From NCBI RefSeq assembly GCF_009914755.1, contig NC_060932.1: DNA of 64,000 bases; one strand, given 5' to 3'. Below the pieces are notes generated by a model, which saw nothing but the letters and a program-made list of their open reading frames with translations, did not search any database and was not told where the DNA came from. Both the position numbers and the translations under genes were made by a program. Every line of letters starts with the position of its first letter. The stretch's first letter is position 1. Source of the DNA: the human T2T-CHM13v2.0 reference genome, Homo sapiens. This document shows, one piece after another, positions 42,895-64,000 of the stretch.

Positions 42895-43420
42895 GCACTT
42901 TATTGAGGTATAATTAGTACACCAATAAATTACATGTAACTAATGTATATCATTTGGCATTACGTCCATTGCCTCTAAAAGTTTTTTCTTCTTTCCTTCC
43001 TTTCCTTCTCTTTCTTTTCTTTCTTTTCCCTCCCTCCCTTCTTTCCTTCCTTCTTTCCTTCCTTCCTTCTTTCCTTCTTTCCTTCCTTTCCTTCTTTCCT
43101 TCCTTCTCTCCTTCCTTTTTCTCTTTTCTTTCTTCCTTTCTTTCTCTTTTTTCCTTTCTCTCTTTCTTTCTCTCTCTTCCTTCTTTCCTTCCTTCCTACT
43201 TTCCTTCCATCCTTCCTTTCTCCCTTTCTTTCTTTCTTTTTTATAGTAAGAACACTTAACCTGGATCCACTGTCTGAAAATTTTAACTACACTATATCTA
43301 TTATTAACTATAGGCATGTGTTGTACAGCAGGTCTCAGGAACTCATTCACCTTGCATAACTGTAACTTTGTACACATGGAACAACAGCTCCCATACACCT
43401 TTATCACTATCCCCTATCTG
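42895..43420 (-). mobile_element. L1MA 3' end fragment nested in the L1M
   Basis: 'tattgaggtataatt...gtaagaacacttaac...ttaactataggcatg...cataactgtaactttgtac'; host ORF2 text resumes after it. Confidence 0.7.
42983..43242. repeat. ~260-bp polypyrimidine compound microsatellite (CCTT/CTTT)n
   Basis: Almost exclusively C/T on the + strand. Confidence 0.95.
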
Positions 43421-46267
43421 TTGATAATTTTTTCATTTATGTTTATGGAAGATATTTGCCAATTTTTTATTATAATGTCTTTGATTTTGGAATTAGAGTA
43501 ATACTAGTTTTATAAAATTTGTTAGAAAATATTATCTCTGCTTCCATTTTCTGGAAAAGATTGTAGACAATTGATATCATTCCTCACAAATTTTTTTAGA
43601 TTCACCAGTGAGCTCATCTGGGCCTGGTGCTTTCTTTTTTGGGAAGTTTTTACATTATTGGTTGAATTTCCTTAATAGATATAGGTGTATTCAAATTATC
43701 TACTTCTCCTTCTATGAGTTTGGTAGTTTATGTCTTTCAAGGCTTTGGTCTGTGTCATCTAGGTTATCAAACCTGTGGGCACAAAGTTGTTCATAGTTTT
43801 TTATTAGCCTCTGAGTACTCATAAAATCAGTAATAATGACATGTTTCATTTCTGAAACTGATTATTTACACCTCTTCTTTTTTTTTTCATGAGACTGGCT
43901 ACAAATTTACCAATTTTATTTATCTTTTCAAATAACCCATTTCTGGTTTTGTTGAGTTTCTTTATTGTATTCCTGTTTTCAATCTCATTGATTTCTGCTC
44001 TATTTTTTTTATTCTGCTTCCTTTTGGCTTAAATTTTTTTTTCTTTCTAGTCTTATGTGAGAGAAATTCAGATTTATTTTCAGATCTTTCTTTCTAATAA
44101 TGTATTCAATGCTATAAATTTCCATCTAAGCAATGCTTCTGCTGAATCTCACAGTTTAAGTAATATTTTCATTTGTATTTAGTTCAAAGAGTTTTTAAAT
44201 TTCTCTCAAGACTTATTTTTGACTAATGTTATTAGAAGTATGTTGTTTAATGTTCAAATATTTTTTATTTTCCAGCTTTTTTCTGTTACTAATTTACAGT
44301 TTAACTCCACTGTGGAATGAGAACATACTTTGTATGAATTCAATACCTTTAAATTTGTTCATGTGTTGTTTGTGGCCCACAATGTGTTGCATCTTAGTCA
44401 ATGTTCCATGTGAGCTTGACAAGAAAGTATATTCTGTTCGTATTGGATAGAGTATTCTACAAATGTCAATTCAATCAAGCTAATTGATGGTGTTGTTCAG
44501 GCCAATTATATTCTTACTGACTTCCTGCCTGCTTCATCTGTCAATTATAGAAAGAATATGTTGAAGTCTCCAAGTACAATAATGGATCTGTCTATTTCTT
44601 CTTGCAGTTCTATTCATTTCTGCCATGCATATTTTTATGCTCTGTTGTTATACATGTACTTGTTAAATACTGTTATGTCTTCTTGAATGATTAACTCCTT
44701 TATCATTCTATAATGCATTTCTTTATTCTTGATAATTTTCCCTGTTCTGAAGTTGGTGCCATTAAGAAATTAATATAGCTACTCCAGTTTTCTTTGTACT
44801 AATGTTAGTGTAGTATATCTTTCTCTGTTTCTTTACATTTAACATACCTGAATCTTTATATTTAAAATGTATTTTGCAGACAATATACAATTGTGTCTTG
44901 TTTTCTTTAATTCACTCTGAAAATCTCTGTCTTTTAATTGGTGCTTTAGACAATTTACACAAAAATTGCTTATTGGTATAATTATATTAATATTGGCCTT
45001 GTGTAACTCCTTTATATTTGCTTAACTTATCTCATGTTTCCCTCTATTTCTTTATCTGATTGTAATTGGGTATTTTATGATTCCATTACATTTGGATAAC
45101 AATTATACTTCTTTTTAAAAATTTTAGTGGTTTTCATTGTCTTTGCACTTTACTATATCCACCTTCAAGACATTACACTGCTTCCACCCTATAACACAGT
45201 GTTCCTAATTTCTCCCTGCCATCACTTATTACATTGTAGTCATTCATTTCACTTATAAAATATGCTATAATCACCTAATACATTTTACTGTTATTATTGT
45301 AAACAGTTATGTTTTAGATCAATTAAAAATAAGAAAAATAAAAGATTTATTTGTATTTATTTAATTCTTCTCTGATGCTTTTTCTTTCTTTATATGGATT
45401 CAAGTTTCTAATCTTTGCCATTTTCCCTCACCCTGAAGAATTTAAACATTTCTTATATGATTTTCTGCCAGTAATGAATTCTGTCACTCTTTATTTGTCT
45501 AAGAAAGTCTTTATTTCTTTTCCACTGTTCAAGGATAATTTTCTGGAAATACAATTCCACATTGGCTGTTTTTTTTCAACCCTTTAAATATTTCAGTACA
45601 CTCTCTTCTTATTTACATGGTTTCTGACAAGAAGTTCAGTGAAATTATCATTCTACAATAGACAAGGTGTTTTATTCTCTGGCTTCTTATATAATTTTTT
45701 TCCCATCATTTTTCCTCCCTTTAAATATGATGTGCCTGGGTGTGGATTTTTTGGCATTTATACCGCTTGGTGTTCTTGGAGTGTCTTTGATCTGTGATTT
45801 GTTGTCTGTCATTAATTTTAGAAATTTCTCCATGATTATTTCAAATATTTCTTTCATTCCCTTCCTGCTTTCTTCCTCTCATATTTTGATAAGGTATAGG
45901 TTATATCTTTGATTCTGCCCTGCAGCTCGTTGATGTCACCATTGTTGTTTCTTGTTCCTTTTCTCTTTGAATTCCATTTTGGTAAGTTCTATTGACATCA
46001 TCAAGTTCATTGACTCTTTCCTTGGCTGTGTGCCTTCTCCTGAAGAACCCAACAAAGACATTCTCCATTTCCATTACAGAGTTTTTGCTTTCTAGCGTAT
46101 TCCTCTGATTTCCATCTTAGAGATTTCATTTTTCCAAGTACATTACCCATCTTTCTTGCATGCTGCCAAATTTTTTTCCATTAAAGCCCTTAATACATTA
46201 ACCATAGGTATTTGGTTATATCCTAATAATGCTAATATCCTAATGTGTGTCATATCTGAGTCTGGTT

Positions 46268-46320
46268 CTAATGCCGTCTTTGCCTCTAATGCCGGCTTTG
46301 CCTCTAATGCTGGCTTTGCT
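46268..46320. repeat. 18-bp tandem repeat, 3 copies
   Basis: tctaatgccgtctttgcc / tctaatgccggctttgcc / tctaatgctggctttgct. Confidence 0.9.
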
Positions 46321-47339
46321 TTTGCTTTTGTTCTATACCCTGTAATTCTTGTTGAAAGCCTTCCATGATATGTCAAGTAATAAGAACTAAGGTGAGTACC
46401 TTTTGTGTGTATTTTTAAAAATATTAATCTGGCATATAGTTGCGTTGTGTTTGTTTTTGGTTTTGTTTTTGTTTTTATAAAATCTTTCTAGCCAGAGCTG
46501 CGTTTAATGTTTGATGTAGTTGTAGGTTCCAGAGGCTTCAAATTCCTCTTGCTTTAGTCTTCCTTGTTGTGTAGGAATGCTTATGCAGCGTCTTTATCTT
46601 AGAGCTCTTTCAGCCATATTCCAACATTATACTGGACCCTGTGGATGTAGTGGTAGAATTTGGATGAAGGAAAACATTCTAATCTTATGATTAAACCTTG
46701 ATCTTCAAATGGGCCTATGTCCCTGAGCTGTAACTTTCACATGTGTTTCTTTCTGACTCCCATCACTTCACTCAACTTAGGCGAGACAGGAACTGTAGAG
46801 AGGACTGCAGCAGAGCAGATGCCCTTTCTTCAGCTGGGGTAAGTCACAGGAAGTCTTTCCCTTTAGAGAGCAGGGCTTTGGGAGAATGATCATAATGGTT
46901 ATGTCTCTGCTTCCTCAGCCAGAACCATGAGAAGATCTTTCTCAGTTATTCAATGTGAGAACCTGGTAGGGTTCTTGGAAGTAAAACTTAATAAACTTTC
47001 CAGGTCCCCTTAAGACTCTGGCCTCCAAGAGTTTCTAACTTTCATTCTTATTTCTATTCAGCCTCCACCAATTTGTCAAAATTACCCTTTAAGTCTTCCT
47101 ACCACTGTATTGCTCCAGCAACATGTTCCAGGTGAACAGATCTTGGAGGGGGCTCTCTGGATTTGCTTAGTTCTCCAAATTTGGGGTGGTAGTTTTTTCT
47201 GAGACTTCAACTCTCTGATAGGTCCAAAGCTAGTAACTGATTATCAGCTTATTCAGCCTTTTTCATGTTGTAAGGACAGGAGTTATGATTTCCAAACCCT
47301 TTAAATGTCAGAGCCAAAACTAGAAGTCTCCTGGTCTCT

Positions 47340-48120
<781 letters not shown>

Positions 48121-48964
48121 GATATGTAATAAATAAACCTATCTTGCCATGTTAACAAATAGTAAAAGGTACACATGAGACAATGTAAAGTATAATCCAT
48201 GGCACGTAGAAGCTGTTCAAAAAGTGATACATAATTTGATCCCCAAATTGAGAATTTTTTATTCTAGGGTAAGGATTGTATATTCACTTGGAATAAACAA
48301 CGTGGTCCTCTAAAATTAATTTCACTTCACCTACCACTCATCTTTCTAGAGTCATGAAGGGTAAATCAATATTGCTTGTCAAACAAACACTATTAGCATG
48401 AATACAGCATATGTTAGTGCTATTGCAGCTTAAGGATAAATGATCAATAAAAGAGGTAGACATCTATAACACCATCATCACTATGTGACATTTGGTGGCC
48501 ATCCACTCAGTGATAGATGCTTATTGAAGGATTGGCAGGTAGGTCAGCAAATTTCTTGATTTTCTGGGCTTCAGAGAAAGTTTCAGTACGTGAAAATAAG
48601 CGTCAAGGTGGTTAACATGAATTTACTATATACATAGTTCGCAAACATGAAGTTGCAAGTCTTCTTCACACTCCACTAGGCTATTTGAACATTCTACATT
48701 CTATAAACTATGAATTGCTTTCAGAATCAATGAGAACTTAAGCATCATCTTAAACAACTCCCTTATTTCAAAGGTGATGAAACTAACCCTCAGATAAATC
48801 CAATGACTGCCCAGATCAGAAAATAGGAAAATGGGACTCTCAGACTTCAGTTCTGTGCCTTAATTTATATACATAACACATAAAAAGGATGCTTTTAAAA
48901 ATTTTTTTGAATGTGACTTCAACATACAGCTTAGAAATCACTCTATTTTTCTCACATAATGTTA

Positions 48965-49375
48965 GTTCAATCAAACACACATTTATTAATTGCTTACTAT
49001 GTGCCAAGCAATCAAGCTGCTAAAAGAAATGAACTCTTTCTTGCCCTCAACAAACACACAATCCAGTGGAAAAATGCAATGAGAAATGGTAAACAAGTCA
49101 GCTGTGGGCTATGGAGACATCAAACAGGGAGGAATTAACTCCATGGGAAGACAGGGTTTATGTCGCCAAAAAAAAAAAAAACACAAAATGGATTTGATGT
49201 GAGTCACAAAGATAGTAAGTGTGAATTCACTGAATGAAATCTGAGTGGCAAGAAACAGTGCAAACAATGGCAAAAACATTTAGAAGGGCTTGGTGCCTTT
49301 AGAGAGGGGTGAAGAATGTGGGTAGTTGTGATGTGTGCAGCAGACAGGTGTGATAACAGAAGTTTAAGTTAGTAG
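48965..49375 (-). mobile_element. L2 fragment
   Basis: 'ttcaatcaaacacacatttattaattgcttactatgtgccaagca'. Confidence 0.6.
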
Positions 49376-49379
49376 GATA

Positions 49380-49545
49380 TGATTCTCAGCTGTGGCTGTC
49401 TATTAGAATCACCAGAAAACTTTCTAAAAATCCTGATGTCCATGGCCCCACTTCCAGACCAATTATACCTGGACATCTGGTAGTGGCTGCAGGTATGGAC
49501 ATTCTAAAAGTTCCCCAGGTGATTCTTCTGTGCAAAATTGAATAT
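49380..49545. mobile_element. MER5-like hAT MITE
   Basis: 'ttagaatcacc...gcccca...ccagaccaatta...ttctaaaagttccccaggtgattct'. Confidence 0.7.
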
Positions 49546-49808
49546 CAGGGAATTAAGACAAGCTTATTATGGAAAAAAAAGATTTTAAGTAAACCGTTAT
49601 GTGGATCATGCTGACCTGACCCAAGATCAGATCCTTAATATTAAATGACCTTTTTTTTAACTTCTAAGTGTTAGTCTCAATCAAAAGACAACAAATTTAT
49701 CTGATGACAAGAACCTAGCTCTTGCTTAAATTATTAGTTTTAATTAAGGTAGTTTCTAATGCTCTGTAAGAAGGTAAACATCAGACTCAAGGTAAGAAAC
49801 TCAATTTA

Positions 49809-50834
49809 GGCTTGCTTCCAAGATGGCTGAATAGGAACAGCTCTGGTCTGCAGCTCCCAGTGAGATTGACGCAGAAGACGGGTGATTTCTGCATTTCCAA
49901 CTGAGGTATCTGGTTCATCTCAGCGGGACTGCTTGGACAGTGGGTGCAGCTCATGAAGGGCAAGCTGAAGCAGGGTGGGGCACTGTCTCACCTGGGAAGT
50001 GCAAAGGGTCGGGGGATTTCCCTTTCCTAGCCAAGGGAAGCCATGACAGACTGTACCTGGATTAATGGTACACCACTGACCAAATACTGCACTTTTCCCA
50101 CAGTCTTAGCAACTGGCAGAGCAGGAGATATGCTCCCGTGCCTGGCTCAGTGGGTCTCACACCCACGGATTCTTGCTCACTGCTAAGGCAGCAGTCTGAG
50201 ATGGACCTGCAACAGCTTGCTGGGGGGAGGGGCGTCAGCTATTGCTGAGGCTTGAGTAGCTTACAGTGTAAACAAAGCAGCCAGGAAGCACAAACTGGGT
50301 GGACCCCACGGCAGTTCAGGGAGGCCTACTGCCTCTATAGATTCCACCCCTGGGGGCAGGGCATAGTAGAACAAAAGGCAGCAGACAGTTTCTGCAGACT
50401 TAAACCTCCCTGTCTGACAGTTCTGAAGAGAGCAGTGGATCTATCAGCATGGCATTTGAGCTCCGAGAACAGACAGACTGCCTCCCCAAGTGGGTCTCTA
50501 ACCCCCATGTAGCCTGACTGTGAAACACCACCCAGTAGGCACCGACAGACAACTCAAACAGGTGGGTGCCCCTCTGGGACAAAGCTTCCACAGGAAGAAT
50601 CAGGCAGCAATATTTGCTTTACTGCAGCCTCCGCTGGTGGTATCCCAGGCAAACAGAGTCTGGAGTGGACCTCCAGCAAACTGCAACAGACCTGCAGCTG
50701 AGGGGCCTGACTGTTAGAAGGAAAACTAACAAACAGAAAGCAATAGCATCAACATCAACAAAAAGAACATCCACCCCAAAACCCCATCTATAGGTCACCA
50801 ACATCAAAGACCAAAGGTAGATAAAACCACAAAA
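49809..50834 (+). promoter_or_regulatory. L1 5'UTR (internal sense promoter and antisense promoter region), CpG-decayed
   Basis: Position upstream of the ORF1 ATG; YY1-type site caagatggctg at 49819-49829; activity cannot be read from sequence. Confidence 0.6.
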
Positions 50835-51860
50835 ATGGGGAGAAACCAGAGCAGAGAAGATGAACATTCAAAAAAACAGAGTGCCTCTTCTCCTCCAAAG
50901 GATTGCAGCTCCTTGGCAGCAAGGGAACAAAACTGGACAGACAATGAGTTTGATGAGTTGACAGAAGTAGCCTTCAGAAGGTCAGTAATAACACACTTCT
51001 CCGAGCTAAAGAAGCACGTTCTAGCCCATCGCAAGGAAGCTAAAAACCTTCAAAAAAGGTTAGATTAATGGCTAACTAGAACAAAGAGTGTAGAGAAGAC
51101 GTTAAATGACCTGATGGAGCTCAAAACCATGGCATGAGAACTTCGTGATGTATGCACAAGTTTCAATAGCTGATTTGATCAAGTGGAAGAAAGGATATCA
51201 GTGATTTAAGATCAAATTAATGAAGTAAAGTGAAAAGACAAGATTAGAGACAAAAGAGTGAAAAGAAACAAACAAAGCCTCCAAGAAATATGGGACTATG
51301 TAAAAAGACCAAATATACATTTGATTGATGTACCAGAAAGTGACGGGGAAAATGTAAGCAAGTTAGAAAACACTCTTCAGGATGTTATCCAGGAGAACTT
51401 TCCTAACCTAGAAAGGCAGGCCAACATTCAAATTCAGGAAAAACAGAGAATACCACAAAGATTCTCCTCGAGAAGAGTAACCCCAAGACACATAATTGTC
51501 AGATTCATCAAGGTGGAAATGAAGGAAAAAAAGTTAAGGGCAGCCAGAGAGAAAGGTCAATTCACCCACAAAGGGAAGCCCATCAGACTAATAGCAGATC
51601 TTTCAGCAGAAACTCTACAAGCCAAAAGAGACTGGGGACCAATATTCAACATTCTTAAATAAAAGAATTTTCAACCCAGAATCTCATATCCAGCAAAACT
51701 AAGCTTCATAAGTGAAGCAGAAATACAATCCTTTACACACAAGCAAATGCCGAAAGATTTTGTCACCACCAGGCCTGCCTTACAAGAGCTCCTGAAGGAA
51801 GCACTAAACATGGAAAGGAACAACCAGTACCAGCCACTGCAAAAACAGGCCAAATGGTAA
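50835..51860 (+). pseudogene. L1 ORF1p, disrupted
   Basis: MGRNQSR... and EIWDYVKRPN...RVTPRHIIVRF...AAREK fragments separated by stop codons. Confidence 0.93.
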
Positions 51861-51923
51861 AGACCATCGATGCTATGAAGAAACTGCATCAATTAATAGG
51901 CAAAATAACCAGCAAACATCATA

Positions 51924-55750
<3,827 letters not shown>

Positions 55751-56139
55751 AAACACATGGACACAGGAGGGGAACATCACACACTGGGGCCTGTCGTGGG
55801 GTGGAGGGCTGGGGGAGGGATAGCATTAGGAGAAATACCTAATGTAAATGATGAGTTGATGGGTGAAGCAAACCAACATGGCACATGTATACCTATGTAA
55901 CAAACCTCCACATTGTGCACATGTACCCTAGAACTTAAAGTATAATAATAAAAAAAAAGAAACTAAATTTAAACTTAAAAAATCAATTTCCCAAGTTTAG
56001 CTCCCACTCAAATGTCCAATGACATTGACATTAAAGAAAGCCCTACAAGGGACATTTCAACTTCCCTGCATCTGCCACGTTCTCATATTACAATTCCAAC
56101 CCAGTTCTCTAGCATTGTTTAGCTTAATCATTTCAATGT

Positions 56140-56960
56140 CCATTCATTCAATAAATATTTATTGCATATCTACTGTGTCACAGGCACTGGCCTGAGCTCT
56201 GAGGACACAGCTGGGCATAAGTAGCCCCAGTTTCTCCATTCTTAGGGCTGACATTCAATGAGAGGACTTCCTTCTTTCAATTCAGTTCAGCACTTCTAAC
56301 TTCAGCCTCTCATTCTTTAAACAATCCAAACAAACAACAAATTTTGAGCTTGATTAAAATATGCGATCACTTTTCCCATCCCTCCTCCTATTGTCCTCTT
56401 CCATTCATCTTCCATATTAATCTTTTAAAAGCATCAGTGTCACTATATGCCACTCCCACTTCAAAAATCTCCAATAGTTCCCCATGACTTACAGCAGGGA
56501 ATCTATTGACATTTATAAACCTCCTCTCTCTGCCGTTTTTGAGGACCACTGTTATGTCAGCTCCTGCTATTGAGATGTGTACGGCCCAGTCCCCAGGTAT
56601 ATTAGAATGGAGAATAAATCACAAACTCCTTACACTAACTGCAGCTATGCCTGACTTCCCTTTTCTGTTCAGTCTTCTGAATCTCTGATAAAGGAGCATT
56701 AGTACACTCTGTTGTCAATTAACCTTCCATATCCCTGCCTGAGATGTCTATGTTTACCCCGATTCTCCTATCTAAAAGGCCCCAGTACTTTTGATCCCTC
56801 CCTTTCTTTAGCAATTTGTTTCTCTTGAACTAATCTCTCATGCTATTATTTTAATCCTTATTTATCTAAAAAGAAAAATCGTCTCTCGAGAAATCAGGGC
56901 TTTGTTTGATAAATGTGTGCCTTATTCACAGCATTTAAAAGTAGTGGGCACACAGAGGCA
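56140..56960. mobile_element. L2 fragments in both orientations
   Basis: 'cattcattcaataaatatttattgcatatctactgtgtcacaggcactgg' (-) and '...ttattcacagcatttaaaagtagtgggcacacagaggca' (+). Confidence 0.55.
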
Positions 56961-57744
56961 TTGAGGGTGAATGCAAGAGTTTTAGGCTTAGAAGCTGCAG
57001 ACCTTGGTTTAACTCTAAGAGCCGACATAGTCAAACTCACTTTCCTTGTATCTAAAATGAGAACTATAGCACTCGCCTTTCAAGTGCCAAAGAATAAAAT
57101 TGAATCACAAAGATTTTTTAAAAAATAAACACAGCTATGTGTATGTTAATTTGCCAACAAGGAAACATGCCATTGAAGAAATTCACTTAGTTGTATAATA
57201 GCTAGAGAAAAAGAAATCAAGGGAGTTTAAGTGCTGGAAAGAAGGAGTTAATGGTGGTTATGCTAGTTAAGCTTTGAAGGCTGGCACTATGGATAGAATG
57301 AGTCCGTGGGTCCAGAACAATTGGTTGAAATGTGTCCCATTGTTCATGGGTTAGAACAGCTTCTTCAGTTATGCCCAGTAAGAGTCTGGAGTACTGGTGT
57401 CATTCAAAGGTTATGTCTTCCATCTGCTTCAACTGGATAGGGTAACTTATGAAATACAACACTGAATTTTAGTATCTCCTAGGAAAGTGCCACCTTCAAC
57501 GAAAAATATCCTTTATAAAGGTTTGTTTAAAAAATCTTAAAAGCCAAGTAATTAAAATGTATATATTGTCCAGCATATAGTAAACATTTAATAAATTATA
57601 CGTGGCATTCTTATTGAGTAATATTTGCTCATTAATTAATTCTTAGATTGGTTCCAAAAGGCATGCCCTTGAGTTTTGATTATCTTTGGAAATAATTTTG
57701 AAAATGAGAAGTAAAATTATTTTAAGAAATAATATGTTAGCAGC

Positions 57745-58675
57745 TGTATGGCTGAATTGTGTCCCCCCAAACCCAAATTCATATGTTTAAGTTTTAACTC
57801 CTAGTACTGCAGAACATGGCTATTTTTTTTATTTAGGGCCTTTAAAGAAGAATTATAGTAAAATCAAGTCAAAGGAAGTGGGGGCTAATATGATATGTCT
57901 GATTTCCTTATAAGAAAAGGATATTAGGACACAGACACATAAGACAGGTATCAAGAACAATGTGAAGACACCAGAAGACAGCCATCTACAAGTCCAGGAG
58001 AAAGACCTCAGAAGAAACCAACCCTGCTGACACCTGTAGGGTAAATGTGCCTGACACCAATAATTTAAGCATACCCTTAGAATGACCCTGTATGGCAGAC
58101 ACACTATAGAGTGTGTTCTGAGCTATCGAATCTGGGAGTGGCCAACCTGAAGATTCATTCCTTGTCTATAATAAACATCTAAGCCCCACACCCTGTCCCA
58201 TGGAACATAAGCCATACAGGGGATTGAGGGAGGCCCTGAGTTTGGGGTTAAGTGAGATTCCCAGGTGGAGATCATTAGGGGAAGGGTGTTAAGTGAAAAT
58301 GCGATATAAAGTGCATGACATTTGGAGGTGATTGTGTTTTCCTGTCCATCTTGCTGCCACTGGGGCATGCGGTAATGTTGTTCAACCTGCCACCACTGGA
58401 CCATTTCTATAAGTAAGTTGGTTATCCTGTCTAGCCTGCTGGTACTGGACTCCTCTGTATCTAAGACCCAATAAAACCCCATGTCTTGTTTGCTGGCTAT
58501 GGGTCTCTTCTTAGGCCTCTTGAACCTGGTTTCTTCCCAACTGAGGTTAGTGGAGTTTGGCACAACACCACCTTGATGTTGGCTTCTAGCTTCCAGAGTT
58601 GTAAGGAAATGTATTTCTGTTTAAGCCAACCAGGCTGTCTATCGTTTATTATGGCAGCCCTAGCAAACTAATACA
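57745..58675 (+). mobile_element. MaLR LTR (MLT1A/B-like) split by another LTR
   Basis: 'tgtatggctgaattgtgtcccccc...gaagaaaccaaccctgctgacacc' | 'ttgatgttggcttctagc...atggcagccctagcaaactaataca'. Confidence 0.8.
58035..58567 (+). mobile_element. ERVL-type solo LTR (LTR32/LTR47-like, subfamily uncertain)
   Basis: TG...CA termini, cacc repeated on both flanks, TATA-like 'gatataaa' (~58302) and AATAAA (~58470). Confidence 0.7.
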
Positions 58676-58833
58676 GGGGCTTTCATGTATTATATCTATT
58701 TTAACCATAACCCTGTGTAGTAGATAATATCCTCATTTTATAGATTCAGAAGCTGGGGTTAGAAAAATTAGGTACACTGGCTTGTATTTTTATAGTGTCC
58801 TAAATGCTGCAGATCTCATTGAATCTTTAGGAT

Positions 58834-58922
58834 CAGGGTTCAGACCAAGATGAGGCTGGTGAAGCACTTGCCTCAGGCTCAAAATTTAAGGGATGACAAA
58901 ATATTCATCAATAAAGATAAAT
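58834..58922 (+). mobile_element. hAT-Tip100 (Arthur1-like) terminal fragment
   Basis: 'caggg...gaagcacttgcctcaggctcaaaatttaaggg...aaagataaat' resembles a recalled consensus. Confidence 0.5.
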
Positions 58923-58923
58923 G

Positions 58924-59210
<287 letters not shown>

Positions 59211-60578
59211 GTGGTGGTTTCATAAAATGGAAAATGTTCCTTTCTCTTCAATTTTCTGGGAATATGTCTTTTGAATTGGTGTTAATTTCTTTTTAAAAGT
59301 TCAGTAAAATTATCTACTGAAACCATCTGGGCATGGAGATTGCTTTTGGGGGAATTTTAAAATTATGAGATCAATTTTTTTAACAGTTGTAGGGCTATTA
59401 AAATTTTCTATTTCACATTTGTGGAGTTGTCTTAGTGTTTTCTGACAAATTGGTTCTTTTCATCTAAGTTGTAAGTTTATATATGTAGAGCTATTTGTAA
59501 TATTCCCTTATTATCATCCTAATGCCAACAAGGTCTGTAATGACATCCCCTATTTCATTTCTGATTTTGGTAAGTTATGTGTTTCTCTGTCTCTCTCTCA
59601 CACACACACACACATCAGTCTTGCTAGAGGTCTTTGTGACTTTTATTGATATTTTGAAAGAGCCAGTTATTTGTCTTAGGTCTTACCATTTTTATTTCTG
59701 TTTTTATTGGTATTGTTTCTTTCATTCTCCTTGCTTTTGGTTTATTTTGCTCTTCAGTTTTTAGATTCTTAAGGTGGGAGCATAGATTATTGATATGAAA
59801 CTTTTTCTCCTTTCCTTTTTCTTTTTTGAGACAGGTTTTGCTCTATCATTCAGCCTGAAGTGCAGTGCCAAAATCACGGCTCACTGCAGACTTGACCTCC
59901 TACCTCAGCCTCCCAAGTAGCTGGGACTGCAGGCATGCACCACCACTCCTGCTTAATTTTTATTTTTTTATTTTATTTTTTTGTAGAGATGAGGTTTCGC
60001 CATGTTGCCCAGGCTTGTGCTCCTGGGCTAGAGTAATCCACCCACCTCAGTTTCCCAAAGTGCTGGGATTACAAGCATGAGCCTCCATGCCCAGCCCTTT
60101 TCCTCTTTTCTAATGAATACATTTAGTGCTACCAATGTCCCTCTCAGCACTGCTTTAGCTGTGTCCCACACATTTTTATATGCTGCATTTTCATTTAGTT
60201 TAATATATATTTTGATTTCTCTTCAGACTCTTCTTTGGCCTATGGATTATTTAAAAGTGTGTTGTTCACTTTCCAAATGTTTAGAGATTCTCCTGTTACC
60301 TTTGTTACTGATTTCCACTTGAATTAAGTTGTTGGACAACAATTCAACATAAGCTCATTTTTCTATAAGTTTATTGAGGTTGAATTTATGACCCGGTATG
60401 TGGTTTGTCTTCATACTATATATCCTTTGGGCACTTGAAAAATAATGTGTATTCTGCTGTTGCTGGGTGGAATGTTCTATGAATATAGATTAGATACTAT
60501 TAGTTGATGGTGTTATGAGTTCTCTTCCACAGTCGTACTGATTTTCTGTTTAATTTTTCTATTAATTATTGAGAAAGG
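59211..60578 (-). mobile_element. L1M ORF2 internal fragment
   Basis: Antisense ORF2 text from the 'PNSFYE' region back to the endonuclease domain; interrupted by an AluJ. Confidence 0.75.
59815..60096 (-). mobile_element. AluJ
   Basis: Diverged reverse Alu; flanks cttttt-ctcctttcc / cttttcctcttttc. Confidence 0.88.

Positions 60579-64000
<3,422 letters not shown>

Larger units (their letters stand above)
38985..47330 (-). mobile_element. Near-full-length ancient L1M (L1MD-like)
   Basis: Continuous antisense L1 text: long 3'UTR (~38985-41000), ORF2 remnants (ORF 42272-42454 KITEYSKIRRYKVNIKRSVAFLY), ORF1/5'UTR-like region to ~47330. Confidence 0.75.

Noticed and set aside
42940-43407. 155-aa K/E/R-rich ORF and the opposite F/L/S-rich ORF
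   Set aside because: Translation of the CCTT/CTTT microsatellite
46143-46376. ORF with repeated AKPALE motif
   Set aside because: Produced by an 18-bp tandem triplication inside an old L1
55795-55820. G-quadruplex-like G-rich tract
   Set aside because: Standard feature of L1PA 3'UTRs

Overview
AT-rich, CpG-depleted primate (human-like) intergenic or intronic DNA dominated by interspersed repeats. I can support no host protein-coding gene, tRNA or rRNA. Main content: a full-length, inactivated L1PA (L1PA6-like, 49809-55956) with a target-site duplication (TSD), a near-full-length ancient L1M, further L1M/L1MA fragments, 17 Alu copies or fragments, nested LTR clusters, an ERVL remnant, hAT MITEs, a MADE1, MIR/L2 relics and microsatellites. 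The most unusual structures read directly from the sequence are four. (1) A ~218-bp, ~93% identical inverted repeat with a 300-bp spacer in apparently non-transposon DNA (18426-19162). (2) A short L1PA insertion carrying both a ~20-bp twin-priming 5' inversion and a probable short 3' transduction inside one TSD pair (36877-37426). (3) A small templated direct+inverted insertion in an LTR (16485-16517). (4) A tail-less Alu fused to the middle of an L1 ORF2 (~59210), suggesting a deletion junction. I see no convincing new gene system. Subfamily names come from recalled consensus sequences and need RepeatMasker/Dfam confirmation.
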